A DNA stretch of 64,000 nt from a virus. Positions 47,490-56,288 of the stretch are shown here, piece after piece; position 1 is the first letter of the stretch; each line of letters opens with the position of its first letter. The position numbers and the translations under genes are program-made. The notes under the pieces are model-generated. The model saw only the letters and a list, made by a program, of their open reading frames with translations. It made no database searches and had not been told where the DNA came from. The stretch lies in the IMG/VR virus record IMGVR_UViG_3300034071_002576, positions 1 to 64,000 of that record. One strand, written 5' to 3'.

Positions 47490-47529
47490 GAGATAACTAG
47501 ATGAATTGGCCCCGCGTTAGCGGGAGAGG

Positions 47530-47772
47530 TTACTTGAAATTGTCCGGTACAGCGTGGGCGAGGGTAGACCAAAAGCTTTCACGTTCGCGCTTCCAGATCT
47601 CGAACCATCCCGCACCGTTACCCGAACAATGCGCATCGGACATACGTTGTCTTGCACATTGTGCGATGTTGTACCTGCGCAGGCTGCAGATACCTGGCGG
47701 CGGAGTGTATGTGTACTCGCAACCGTCAGTGTCTATGTAGGTAGGATCTTGCATTGTGTACATGGTGATCAC
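47530..47772 (-). CDS. hypothetical protein
   Basis: GTGA coupling. Confidence 0.45.
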   Translation of the reverse strand: MITMYTMQDPTYIDTDGCEYTYTPPPGICSLRRYNIAQCARQRMSDAHCSGNGAGWFEIWKRERESFWSTLAHAVPDNFK

Positions 47773-48080
47773 CAGAAGTTACCTAGACGAAACTCAGAAA
47801 CGAAAGCGTGGGCAATAGACTCTGCGGCTGCGAGTCTCTCAGGTTTGGGGAATGCAGTGTTCCAAGCTGTTGTCATGGAACCGACTTCGCGTTGATAATC
47901 TTTGGCGGCTGGCACTAACAAGTAGCGCTCAACATACGCAATCGCGCGGTCTAGATTGAAAGTACCTTTCTGGTAGAACTTAGACAAAGTTTTGCCCACA
48001 CTGTTGTAGTGAGCCTCTGAGAAGTTGAGCGCGTAAAGTTCCAACTCACGCGCAGCGATTGTGCAGATTGTGGTGGCCAT
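47769..48080 (-). CDS. conserved phage early protein
   Basis: ARELELYA.N...KG.F...AAK.Y pattern. Confidence 0.6.
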   Translation of the reverse strand: MATTICTIAARELELYALNFSEAHYNSVGKTLSKFYQKGTFNLDRAIAYVERYLLVPAAKDYQREVGSMTTAWNTAFPKPERLAAAESIAHAFVSEFRLGNFW

Positions 48081-48433
48081 GATGATAGGAGTTTGATCAG
48101 TAGTTGTAGGAAGGGAAGTTAGGCTCAGACTCGATAAGCTCTAGGTATGTGTACACGTTCTGCATACTCCAAGACTTATAGAACTCGTGTTGATTGTTGT
48201 CGCGACGATCACACCAGTTGAGTGAGTCGTAATCAATAGCGATCACGTCGATGTAGTAGTTAGTCATGATCAGATCTGCAGGGCGAATGTTTGGAATGCG
48301 TCAAGGAAGTTGTAGAAGTCTTCCTGCTCTATAGGATCAATCTCGCCAGACTCAGCGAGTCGATTAAGTGCAGCGAGAGTAAACTCAACCTCACGGCGAT
48401 TGACGAAGTTAAATAGTGGAATGGATTGCATGA

Positions 48434-48694
48434 TCAATCAAGGTAAAGGCTTACGATACGTTCGTTGTATGCGTCACGATTCTTGTCGTCGTCATACCAA
48501 TCGTCCATAGCTTGCATGTCAGCTTCGAACTGCAATCGTTGCGTGATGTTGTCTTGCTCTTGCTCAAGTGGCCGCATCGTTAGATACAACTCGTTTACAA
48601 GATCCCAATCCTCAGCCTTGCGAGCGTTGAGTTGCCGCGTGGCCAACACGTCGAGCTGATCAGTAAGTTCATCTAGGCGAGCTTGAATGTTCAC
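48434..48694 (-). CDS. hypothetical protein
   Basis: ORF in the early gene run. Confidence 0.5.
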   Translation of the reverse strand: MNIQARLDELTDQLDVLATRQLNARKAEDWDLVNELYLTMRPLEQEQDNITQRLQFEADMQAMDDWYDDDKNRDAYNERIVSLYLD

Positions 48695-48945
48695 TTAATG
48701 CCTCCGTTGTTGATGAAGTCTTTGCACTCGGAAACTGAATCGAACTTAGCCGCAAGGCTGACAAGATCTACATAGCCATCGGCAACTTTAAAGGGAACGT
48801 ACTTACCGACTCTGTAGATTCTGTGTGCAGCTGTGGAGTCGGTGGGCTCACTGATCTCGCCGACAATCTCACCATCAAGGTGTACAAGCTCTCGATACCA
48901 ACTAACAGTGTTAGGGAAGTGTGCAGGAGTGTAGGTGTAATCCAT
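48691..48945 (-). CDS. hypothetical protein
   Basis: ORF in the early gene run. Confidence 0.5.
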   Translation of the reverse strand: MDYTYTPAHFPNTVSWYRELVHLDGEIVGEISEPTDSTAAHRIYRVGKYVPFKVADGYVDLVSLAAKFDSVSECKDFINNGGIK

Positions 48946-48976
48946 TGGGGATAAGTTGCGATGGTGTTAGTTACAG

Positions 48977-49180
48977 TCAGAAGTTGCGATTAACCCAGTC
49001 CATAAACTCAGTCTTGCCATGATGTTTAAAACCACCGCCATAGCAAAGGCCGCCACGGAAGTTAGTTACGTTGTAACCCTGGCCGGTAACCTTACGATCC
49101 ATGCAATACCAGCGGAAGCCTTGGACATAGAAACCTTGCGCAGTAAGTAACTCGCGGGCCTGTTTAACTGTTGTGATCAT
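48977..49180 (-). CDS. hypothetical protein
   Basis: ORF in the early gene run. Confidence 0.5.
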   Translation of the reverse strand: MITTVKQARELLTAQGFYVQGFRWYCMDRKVTGQGYNVTNFRGGLCYGGGFKHHGKTEFMDWVNRNF

Positions 49181-49216
49181 GATCAGATAGCAATGGGATT
49201 GGGTTGGTTACAGTTA

Positions 49217-49522
49217 TCAGCAGGAGTAGCGGCCGACGACAACATCGTTGCCGCACAGTTTGATCAACAAACCGCTAAAGCATGAGTCGCTAGTGATACC
49301 GTGCCAACCCTTAAAGACTCCGTCAGGGTTAGTGTTCCGCATGAAGTCAGACAAACTGTGATACTGTCCGCGATACTTAAAGAATGAACAGCTATGATCA
49401 AACTCATTAGCATCCATCCAGTCGTATTCTTGGCGGAGTTTGGCACGCTCAGGCTGCGATAGTTCGCAAGCAAAGAACAGCCGGCGCGGTTGGTTGTTGG
49501 TCTTAATAGTCAGTTCAGTCAT
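49217..49522 (-). CDS. conserved phage early protein, first gene of the leftward operon
   Basis: I.TNN.PR, FF.YRG.Y..L.DFMR, W.G..SDS.FSG. Confidence 0.65.
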   Translation of the reverse strand: MTELTIKTNNQPRRLFFACELSQPERAKLRQEYDWMDANEFDHSCSFFKYRGQYHSLSDFMRNTNPDGVFKGWHGITSDSCFSGLLIKLCGNDVVVGRYSC

Positions 49523-50143
49523 ACTATGTACCTGTTGAAACTGTTAGACATGAGGGAAGAATCCCTCACCAAACTGTAAGCTTGGGGAGAGAATCGTTAC
49601 AGCTTCATGATCAATTGTGATCACATCTGATCCTTAATTGATCCGCCCCGCTGACAAGTTAATGACATTCAGGGATCTCTCAAACAACAACTCTCCGGAG
49701 AAAGTTGAAACATAATGCCTAGCATGTAGTTAGTTACAGCGTACAGAATGATCATTGGCTGATAACTGGCCCCGCCATCCTACGGATCGACGCCGTGGTG
49801 AGGGGTCAATGTCCAATGGCCAGCGTACCTGCATCAGAGACAGATACGCTGGACAAGATCTGTACGTTGTAACTAGCTACAGCCTGACAAGTTAGGTTGT
49901 ATTCAGCTGCAACCTGACAAGGGTTGCTGACATTTAGTGTCACTAGTTGTCTTAGTTACAGACAAGATACCCGCTGACAAGTCGCGATATAGGGGGAGAA
50001 CGTGAGCGGGTAGGGTTCGCCTACCGGATAATGCCCACGTGGCACCGCTTGTGGGGGAACTTCCGCGCCCACTTCATCGCTTAAGTATTGAACAGTTAGC
50101 TAACCGATCGGCTACCCGTGCTAACCCGCACCGGTTTAGCTAA

Positions 50144-50335
50144 CTATTCTGTTGTCGAGGTTCTTTCACCTAGATACCTTTAAGATCCCGCCGCTCACGT
50201 TCGGTCACACTATGCCTGCCCTTGCCTACACTTCGGGGATGTACTCCCTACCATCGGCAGCAGTGCGCGGAGACCGTTCGGCCTGGCGCGGGTTCTCTCG
50301 GGTTGTCTAGGTGCCCTGGCGGCGTGGCTTGCGCC
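50144..50335 (-). promoter_or_regulatory. boxB/boxA-like antitermination elements
   Basis: GGC-GCAA-GCC hairpin, then GCACCTAGACAAC (50302-50314) and GAACCTCGACAACAGAATAG (50144-50163). Confidence 0.55.
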
Positions 50336-50354
50336 CCGTTCCTCCAGTGACACC

Positions 50355-50384
50355 AAGATCGCCCATAACCGGTTCGCCTGTCAA
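50355..50384 (-). promoter_or_regulatory. putative sigma-70 early promoter
   Basis: perfect TTGACA at 50384-50379; -10 weak. Confidence 0.4.
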
Positions 50385-50775
50385 CCACCTAGGGCTAGTT
50401 CTCAGCCGGTCTGAGGATTGGCACACAATGCCAGGGTCCGCACCTAGTTAAAAGACGAAACGCGCGGCGCACGCGCAACTACCACGCCAGCGGCCCGGCC
50501 GTCAAGCGTTCGAAACGACAGATGATAGGACCACCACCCAGTACAGATGAACTATAACTACGTTCACAAAGTTAAATATACAACTTCACATCACTAAATG
50601 ATACTTAGTGCGGCGCTACTCATCACATAGGCCGGCGCTATGTATACACAATTGTCCGCAATCCGCCCTTTTTTTTATATATAGGCTTACACGACGGCGC
50701 CGGCGAGAACCCAAAAATAATCTTGCGGGGAAAACGGGGTGAAACCTCCCCGAATATCAGCATAATAACAGCTTT

Positions 50776-51114
50776 TTACTCGAAGCGAACGAATAATTCG
50801 TCTGGATGTTCGTCAAAAAACTGTAATGTTGCCGGACAGAGCCACCCTTTCATGGAATTTTCGTAGGAATACCAGGCTCCTCCCTGTTCCATTTCAGTTT
50901 TTACGAGTTTTCCGTGCGAATGAGGAAAATTTCTTGCTGAAAAAATAATTCTGTGCGACTCTTTTGCTGGATCACTGAAGTTTTTAATCAAAAAGTCAAT
51001 CATTTCAGGCATTCCGCAAACGAATGGTTCATCTCTGAGCCCTCTGGAGAGATCTGTAAAGGCCCACGTATCGCAATAGCGATAAATTTTGATTGACATC
51101 ATGGCGTTTGACAC
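50776..51114 (-). CDS. conserved hypothetical protein
   Basis: W.F.D...GL..EPFV.G...ID...GWLCPA...F motif. Confidence 0.65.
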   Translation of the reverse strand: MSNAMMSIKIYRYCDTWAFTDLSRGLRDEPFVCGMPEMIDFLIKNFSDPAKESHRIIFSARNFPHSHGKLVKTEMEQGGAWYSYENSMKGWLCPATLQFFDEHPDELFVRFE

Positions 51115-51223
51115 AGGGTACGGTGTTTTTGTGATTGCTTATCGAGTATACAGTATCGCGAGAGGCCGCCTACCCGGCTTTTTTTGTTTTTTGTTTTAGG
51201 ATGTAGCAAGGGTTTTCAGGCGC

Positions 51224-53491
51224 ATGTACTCGTACGGATATAAAGTTCCCGAGGTGCAAAGTCGCGTTGCGCGTCAGAGACAACCTGTAGAACCTGACAA
51301 CGTCATTCCCGACCCCTCCGCGGAAGACGTTATTGCTACAGAAAATACGCTTCCTCCCGCTCCGCCTAATTCGTTGAGTCCTAGAGAATTTTTTGAGTCC
51401 CAGATTCTTCCGCAAGTTAGAAGTGTTATAGGTGACTCTGGCGTTGATGATGCTTATCTGCGCACTATACGCGAAGATACTCGGCAAAGTTTTCTACGCG
51501 ATATAGAGGAATCTGACCGGAGAAATCTTGAGCAACTTCGAGGAACTCCTGTTTCTATACCCATTCAGTTCCCCCAGCCTATTTCTCTAACAGGACTCGG
51601 TTCTGCTCATACGCAACCTGGTATTCCCGGTCTTTTTGCCCAAGTTGAGGCTTCGAACGAGGGGGTGGAAGCGCTACGTAAACAAAGAGTCGCGGATGCT
51701 TTTGGCGATCTTCTTTCAAAATATCCAGAACTTAATCGAGTTTTATATGCGGCACCTGCTACGCAGAATAAAGCTCTGCGTGTTAAGAAGTCAGGTTTTG
51801 AACCTTATTTAGATTATGTAGACAAAACACAAGTATTTTCTTCTCCGGAGTCTCGCGCTGGTGTTTATAACGAAATTATCGGTGAATACGCTTCTTTAGA
51901 AGACAACCCAGATAAGCGTTCTTTGCTTGCTGAGGCACTTAGAGAGACTGAACAAGACTATACGAGTGGCGATCCAGAGCGTCAGAGTAGAGCTCGAAAG
52001 TTTTTACAAAATGTGTTGGACGACCCCGCGACACTCGAACGCATAGAAACGCCTTCGTTTCGTGAAAACCGACCCGTTATTGGCGGCGGTGGCTACGAAC
52101 CTGTAAAGGATAATCCGTTGGTTAAGAGGATTAATCAGCGAGCTAAAGCTTTTAATAATTTATACAGTCAATTAGATCTTCAAGATCGGCTAAATATAAC
52201 TGATGTTTATCCTGGTTTGCGATTTTCCGGGATCAAACAAGGTGATCAAGCCGGTTTTTATTTAGATCCGGACACTAAAGAAGTTTCCGGTGTTGATTTC
52301 AATGATCCCGAGGCTTATGGGGTCAATGTGACTATGAGCGCCCCCGGAAGTATCTCTCTCGAGGAGTTTGATAACTATAACGTAGGTTCTGAGGTCTCTA
52401 AAAATGCTCTGCGTTTCTTAGCCGATTATCCTGTTACGACTCAAACAAGCGTAAGTTTTACCACGCGTGAACCCGGTTACAGCGAAAGCAGCTACGGCGC
52501 TAAGTTGTTGCCGTCCGAGCTTGTCGGTCCTGTAACGTCTTTTGTTTCAGATACAGCTTTCCGAGGACTTCGTCCTGGAACACTCGTTGTTAATAGTCCG
52601 CTTAGCTCTAATGATTTATACGACAAACGAATAGAGACGGGTAAATCGGGAAATGAAAGCAATACTTTACGCCGCTTACAACCTTTCATAGATTCGAATA
52701 GCCCACTACCTAATCTGCGTGGAATAGCTTATACCTCAGCAGGTTTCGGTCCCGTAAGCGAGGACAAGACGCAGCTTTCATATGTAGATGACAAAGGTCA
52801 AGCCATACCGATTCAGTTAGGACGTGCTGAAGTTCCTTTAAAAGGCAGGGTTGCTGTTCGCGATGCTGGAGGTGCTTCTGTTTTTACTCCCGCACTTCCT
52901 GCTTCTTCTACTCCGCGTTACTACGGACTGGATCCTGTTTCGGGAGCAGCGTTAGGTGGAGCCGAAGTATTACGTAATCTTCGGCGCGTTCCTTCTGCTT
53001 TACTCCCCGGTGCCGCTGATTTGATTCCGAGTCCCGAAGCTGTACGTACTGGTTATCAACAAGGTCCTGTAGCTATGGGTAAGCAGATGGCGCAGGAGTT
53101 TGTACAGAGTTTACCTACTGCCGCAGCTGCTGCTGGTGTTCTGTCCACGCCGCTAGCCGCGCCCTTGGCCCCAGGTATCGGTGCTGGCCTCGTGGGAACT
53201 GCCGGAGCACGGGCGTTGAATGAGGTTGTTCGGCAGGAAACTGGCGAAGGTATAGTTCCCAAGCTGCGCCAGGCTATCGGGACTGCACCGCGCACAGGTG
53301 CTGCTAGTCCTTCCCGTGCCAAATCACGTCCTTTAACTGCACAGGTTCGCCCTTTGACTACTGCGCAGCGGGCGGAGGTGACTCGGCAGCAGAACCGGAA
53401 TGAACTTCAGCGTCGTATTGAGTTGGCCCAGCAGCGGTTCAACCCTGGCAAACTTGAGTTTGGCTTGTCTGAGTTGTTGCGCGGTCGTTGA
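51224..53491 (+). CDS. large hypothetical protein, probably internal virion
   Basis: 755 aa; Ala/Gly-rich hydrophobic C-terminal region. Confidence 0.65.
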   Translation: MYSYGYKVPEVQSRVARQRQPVEPDNVIPDPSAEDVIATENTLPPAPPNSLSPREFFESQILPQVRSVIGDSGVDDAYLRTIREDTRQSFLRDIEESDRRNLEQLRGTPVSIPIQFPQPISLTGLGSAHTQPGIPGLFAQVEASNEGVEALRKQRVADAFGDLLSKYPELNRVLYAAPATQNKALRVKKSGFEPYLDYVDKTQVFSSPESRAGVYNEIIGEYASLEDNPDKRSLLAEALRETEQDYTSGDPERQSRARKFLQNVLDDPATLERIETPSFRENRPVIGGGGYEPVKDNPLVKRINQRAKAFNNLYSQLDLQDRLNITDVYPGLRFSGIKQGDQAGFYLDPDTKEVSGVDFNDPEAYGVNVTMSAPGSISLEEFDNYNVGSEVSKNALRFLADYPVTTQTSVSFTTREPGYSESSYGAKLLPSELVGPVTSFVSDTAFRGLRPGTLVVNSPLSSNDLYDKRIETGKSGNESNTLRRLQPFIDSNSPLPNLRGIAYTSAGFGPVSEDKTQLSYVDDKGQAIPIQLGRAEVPLKGRVAVRDAGGASVFTPALPASSTPRYYGLDPVSGAALGGAEVLRNLRRVPSALLPGAADLIPSPEAVRTGYQQGPVAMGKQMAQEFVQSLPTAAAAAGVLSTPLAAPLAPGIGAGLVGTAGARALNEVVRQETGEGIVPKLRQAIGTAPRTGAASPSRAKSRPLTAQVRPLTTAQRAEVTRQQNRNELQRRIELAQQRFNPGKLEFGLSELLRGR

Positions 53492-53530
53492 TTGCTTTAG
53501 AATCAATTACGTAGAACACCATCTGTTGAC

Positions 53531-53902
53531 GTGGCGTACGAAAGTAACTTGCAGTATCGCCCGTCTATGGATAAGTCTCGTTATGAGACTATGCCTTACA
53601 ATCCGCGCAGCAACCCTCCGCGGTATGAAAACCTCCCTTATCGGCTGCGCGATGACCAGCGTCGCGACCCCGTGGACGCCAGCGGGCTGATGGAGGAGTT
53701 TATACAGAATATTATGTTGACTCCGCTTGAAGGAGTCGCACAGGGTATTCCCGTTGGCGAGGATCCTAATCTGCCGATGAGTCAATCCCAATTCCGTGAC
53801 TGGGTTAACCGCAGTCGCGATTTGCGCGGTGGGCGCCTAGAAGACTTCCTTAAGCAACACGGGAGCATGCGAAATTTCATCAACCAGACTCGCGGCGTTT
53901 GA
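53531..53902 (+). CDS. hypothetical protein with YExxxY repeats
   Basis: YESNLQY, YETMPY, YENLPY. Confidence 0.55.
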   Translation: MAYESNLQYRPSMDKSRYETMPYNPRSNPPRYENLPYRLRDDQRRDPVDASGLMEEFIQNIMLTPLEGVAQGIPVGEDPNLPMSQSQFRDWVNRSRDLRGGRLEDFLKQHGSMRNFINQTRGV

Positions 53903-53926
53903 TTCTTGGGTTGTTCTTGGTATAGT
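53899..53926 (+). promoter_or_regulatory. sigma-70-type promoter
   Basis: TTGATT-16 nt-TATAGT with extended TG. Confidence 0.6.
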
Positions 53927-53930
53927 GTGT

Positions 53931-54235
53931 GAGTTCCCGCTCTGCTTTGGCATCGGGCTGCGGGGGATAACCATGGATTGCGGTTGTCTTAAATAAAGCT
54001 CACCCCTAAGAGTGTGTTTGCCCCAAAACGTGCTTCCGGTTGTACGGAGGGGTTGCGTTTGTTGGCCTTACTGACAAACCCAGCGGGGACGGGACCCGCC
54101 GGTTCAGGAGGCGTCCGATAACGTCTCCCCGACTTTAAGTGACCATATTGTTGACTCCAACAAAATGGTCTTTTATTGTTGAGTCGATAGAGCCCAAGCC
54201 TCTGTCCGATCCTTGAGGTCGGTTACGCTTGGTCC
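53931..54235 (+). ncRNA. structured ncRNA with pseudoknot (possibly related to the cyanophage manA motif)
   Basis: multiple stems; GACCAT-TTGTTG-ACTC-CAACAA-ATGGTC loop complementary to downstream GAGTC; GGGCT/AGCCC enclosing pair. Confidence 0.55.
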
Positions 54236-54239
54236 ATCC

Positions 54240-54340
54240 CACCCAGTGCGAGCCAACGGATAGGACGGCCCCTCACTCGGTACCGGACGCGGTGCTTTGA
54301 CGTGAGACCGGCGATGCGGGTTCGAATCCTGCCTGGGTGA
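54240..54340 (+). ncRNA. tRNA-like RNA with an extended stem in place of the anticodon arm
   Basis: CACCCAG/CTGGGTG acceptor, D-loop GG, GCGGG-TTCGAAT-CCTGC T-arm. Confidence 0.7.
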
Positions 54341-54369
54341 TTCATATCAGGCACATCCAACTTTATTAC

Positions 54370-55005
54370 ATGAGTTATCTAAATCACAATCTGCCTACAT
54401 TTACCTGCTATATCCGCAACGAATTTCTATATAATCATAAGAAGGGCCACGGTGAAGTGACGCTATGTGACGTCCATTCAGTCGCCTCTTTGGAGAAACG
54501 CGTTCCCTTATTTGAAGTCTTTTTAGAGAACGGTGTTAACTGGACGAGGCGTCCGATACATGCCCTTTGCTGGAAGCCCGACGCGCCTAAGCCTGAGCTT
54601 AATGAATGTATGTGGTGGGACTGTTTCTCTCCGTATATCGACGTACAGGTTCGGTCGCGCCTCTCGAATTTACGCGCCCAGCTGATTACGTTTAAGGGGG
54701 AGAAAAAGGGCGGTATCTACATGTTCACCCTTGACTGGTCGTGGGAGTCTAAATCGACCTTGAATACAAACTTCAGCGAAACCCCGGAGCACAAGTGTGC
54801 GCACTTCTTCCGAATGGATGATGGCAACTTTTACGCGTACCCTAATAACCGAATTATTTGGTACGACGACGCATGGCTTAAGAATCGAATTGAAAAAAAT
54901 CCTGGGTATGAGATTGACTTGACAGAGTACAGCGTAGAGAATTCAAGAATGCTTGAAACGTCTGATCACTTTATGTATGAGACAGTAAACACAGGCGACC
55001 AGTAG
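54370..55005 (+). CDS. conserved aquatic-phage protein of unknown function
   Basis: YLNHNLP...R.E.LY...GHGE, WDCFS, Y.FT.DW, EHKC.H, GNF..PNNR. Confidence 0.75.
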   Translation: MSYLNHNLPTFTCYIRNEFLYNHKKGHGEVTLCDVHSVASLEKRVPLFEVFLENGVNWTRRPIHALCWKPDAPKPELNECMWWDCFSPYIDVQVRSRLSNLRAQLITFKGEKKGGIYMFTLDWSWESKSTLNTNFSETPEHKCAHFFRMDDGNFYAYPNNRIIWYDDAWLKNRIEKNPGYEIDLTEYSVENSRMLETSDHFMYETVNTGDQ

Positions 55006-55017
55006 GTTATTGCAACA

Positions 55018-55194
55018 ATGTTTAACAGCAGGGTTTGGCGCGGTTGGGCTAAGGCGTTGGGCGAGAAAGCGTCTCCACGCAAACGCGAGGCTGACCTTGT
55101 GGCGATTATCCGCACGTTTATATTTGTGTCTTACTTAACGACGAACATCTTTATAGTTGCAGGCGTCATTCGGCATTGGAACGACGCCTTGTAA
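55018..55194 (+). CDS. small membrane protein (not in ORF track)
   Basis: WAKALGEKA...IRT.IF.SY..TN.FIVAGVIRHW motif recalled from cyanophages. Confidence 0.65.
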   Translation: MFNSRVWRGWAKALGEKASPRKREADLVAIIRTFIFVSYLTTNIFIVAGVIRHWNDAL

Positions 55195-55205
55195 CAATTG
55201 GCAGA

Positions 55206-55823
55206 CTACTTTTTAACGCACCAGAGCTGCCAGCCAGTTTTGAATGCGCTTTCGATCTCGCCGAATGCGGTGAGTGCGCCGTCGATACCACGCTGAACAT
55301 CCTCGTGACCGTAGTCATCGAGAATTAAAGCGCCCCCTGATCGCAGGAGTGGGTAATAAAGTGCGAGGTCGCGGCACACGGCGTTCGAAGTGTGCTCTCC
55401 GTCAATGTACAGGATGTCGATCGGCTGCCTAAGTTCGGCGTTTAGGGCTGGAAATAGGTCCCAAGAACAGCCTTTGCGGATGTCGATCTTGCCTGCGTTC
55501 TTACTTTTGGATGCGTTGGTACGTGCGATGAGCTCGATGCTGTCCAACGTGGGGAATTTTTCCCTGTTTTCGCGGTATTCATCGTTTCCGGTGAACGGAT
55601 CGATGGAAATTAGGCGGCTTGAGGGGTGATCCAGGAAATTATCGGACCACCAACAGGTTGATGCGCCTTCGTAAACGCCGATTTCGACGATCAGACGGGG
55701 TTCGTCGGGTTTGAAGTGCAGTTTTTCGGCTCGGGGCTCGCTAAACAGGAGCTGAGCAGAGCCCAAAAGCTCTCGGTACCATGCGTGTGTGATCTGGTAC
55801 TTTTTATCTAGCTCGAAAAGCAT
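55206..55823 (-). CDS. class I SAM methyltransferase (Methyltransf_24-like)
   Basis: VEIGVYEGAS, IDPF, YIDGEH, GG.L.LDDY. Confidence 0.85.
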   Translation of the reverse strand: MLFELDKKYQITHAWYRELLGSAQLLFSEPRAEKLHFKPDEPRLIVEIGVYEGASTCWWSDNFLDHPSSRLISIDPFTGNDEYRENREKFPTLDSIELIARTNASKSKNAGKIDIRKGCSWDLFPALNAELRQPIDILYIDGEHTSNAVCRDLALYYPLLRSGGALILDDYGHEDVQRGIDGALTAFGEIESAFKTGWQLWCVKK

Positions 55824-55944
55824 GGACCGGGATCTAGAGTCACCATAGTACCAGCGCCGTCTTGTCTCGGCATGCGGAATTTTGAGGCTTGCCTCGTTTC
55901 CTGCGTAAGGTGTGCTACCATAAGCATGGAGTTACCTCCCCCAC

Positions 55945-56259
55945 ATGGCTAACAACATCAAAATCAATCTCGATTCCAAGCACCTTCCTCTAGCCGCCGC
56001 AGCTTGGCAGTCCTGGAAAATCGTTGCTGTTGTTTTTGTTTGCGGGTTTATCGGTGTTGGTGTAACGCTCTCGGCTGTCACAGCGGTTGCTTTGCTGCAC
56101 AACAGTCTCCCTAAGACCGATACGGACCGAGCCCGCCTCGCATACCAGCGTCAGTGTCAGGCTCAGTTTGCGCTGGACAACGACGGCATGCGTGGCGACA
56201 CTGGGTTGCTTCTCTGTCAAGCCCAAGCTGAGCAAGCGTATCCCAAAGAATTCAATTGA
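55945..56259 (+). CDS. membrane protein
   Basis: long hydrophobic segment. Confidence 0.55.
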   Translation: MANNIKINLDSKHLPLAAAAWQSWKIVAVVFVCGFIGVGVTLSAVTAVALLHNSLPKTDTDRARLAYQRQCQAQFALDNDGMRGDTGLLLCQAQAEQAYPKEFN

Positions 56260-56288
56260 GTCTCACGTTAGACTGTGCGCGTTAGCGC

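Larger units (their letters stand above)
46186..47523. repeat. three identical 16-bp intergenic hairpin repeats GGCCCCGCGTTAGCGG (46186, 46970, 47508)
   Basis: exact copies, each at a gene junction; CCGC-GTTA-GCGG stem-loop. Confidence 0.9.
49530..50420. ncRNA. large structured non-coding region (leader RNA and/or independent ncRNA)
   Basis: no ORF of 60 aa or more; 23-bp, 14-bp and 12-bp inverted repeats, many hairpins, four CTGACAAG copies. Confidence 0.6.

Noticed and set aside
46186-47523. CRISPR array
   Set aside because: The repeats are 16 bp and separated by whole genes (about 540-780 bp); no cas genes are present
49725-49881. NtcA binding sites
   Set aside because: Spacing is GTA-N6-TAC rather than N8, and the two copies are arms of a longer inverted repeat
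54240-54340. Bona fide tmRNA
   Set aside because: No G3-U70 pair, no tag ORF and far too short; only the tRNA-like geometry is shared
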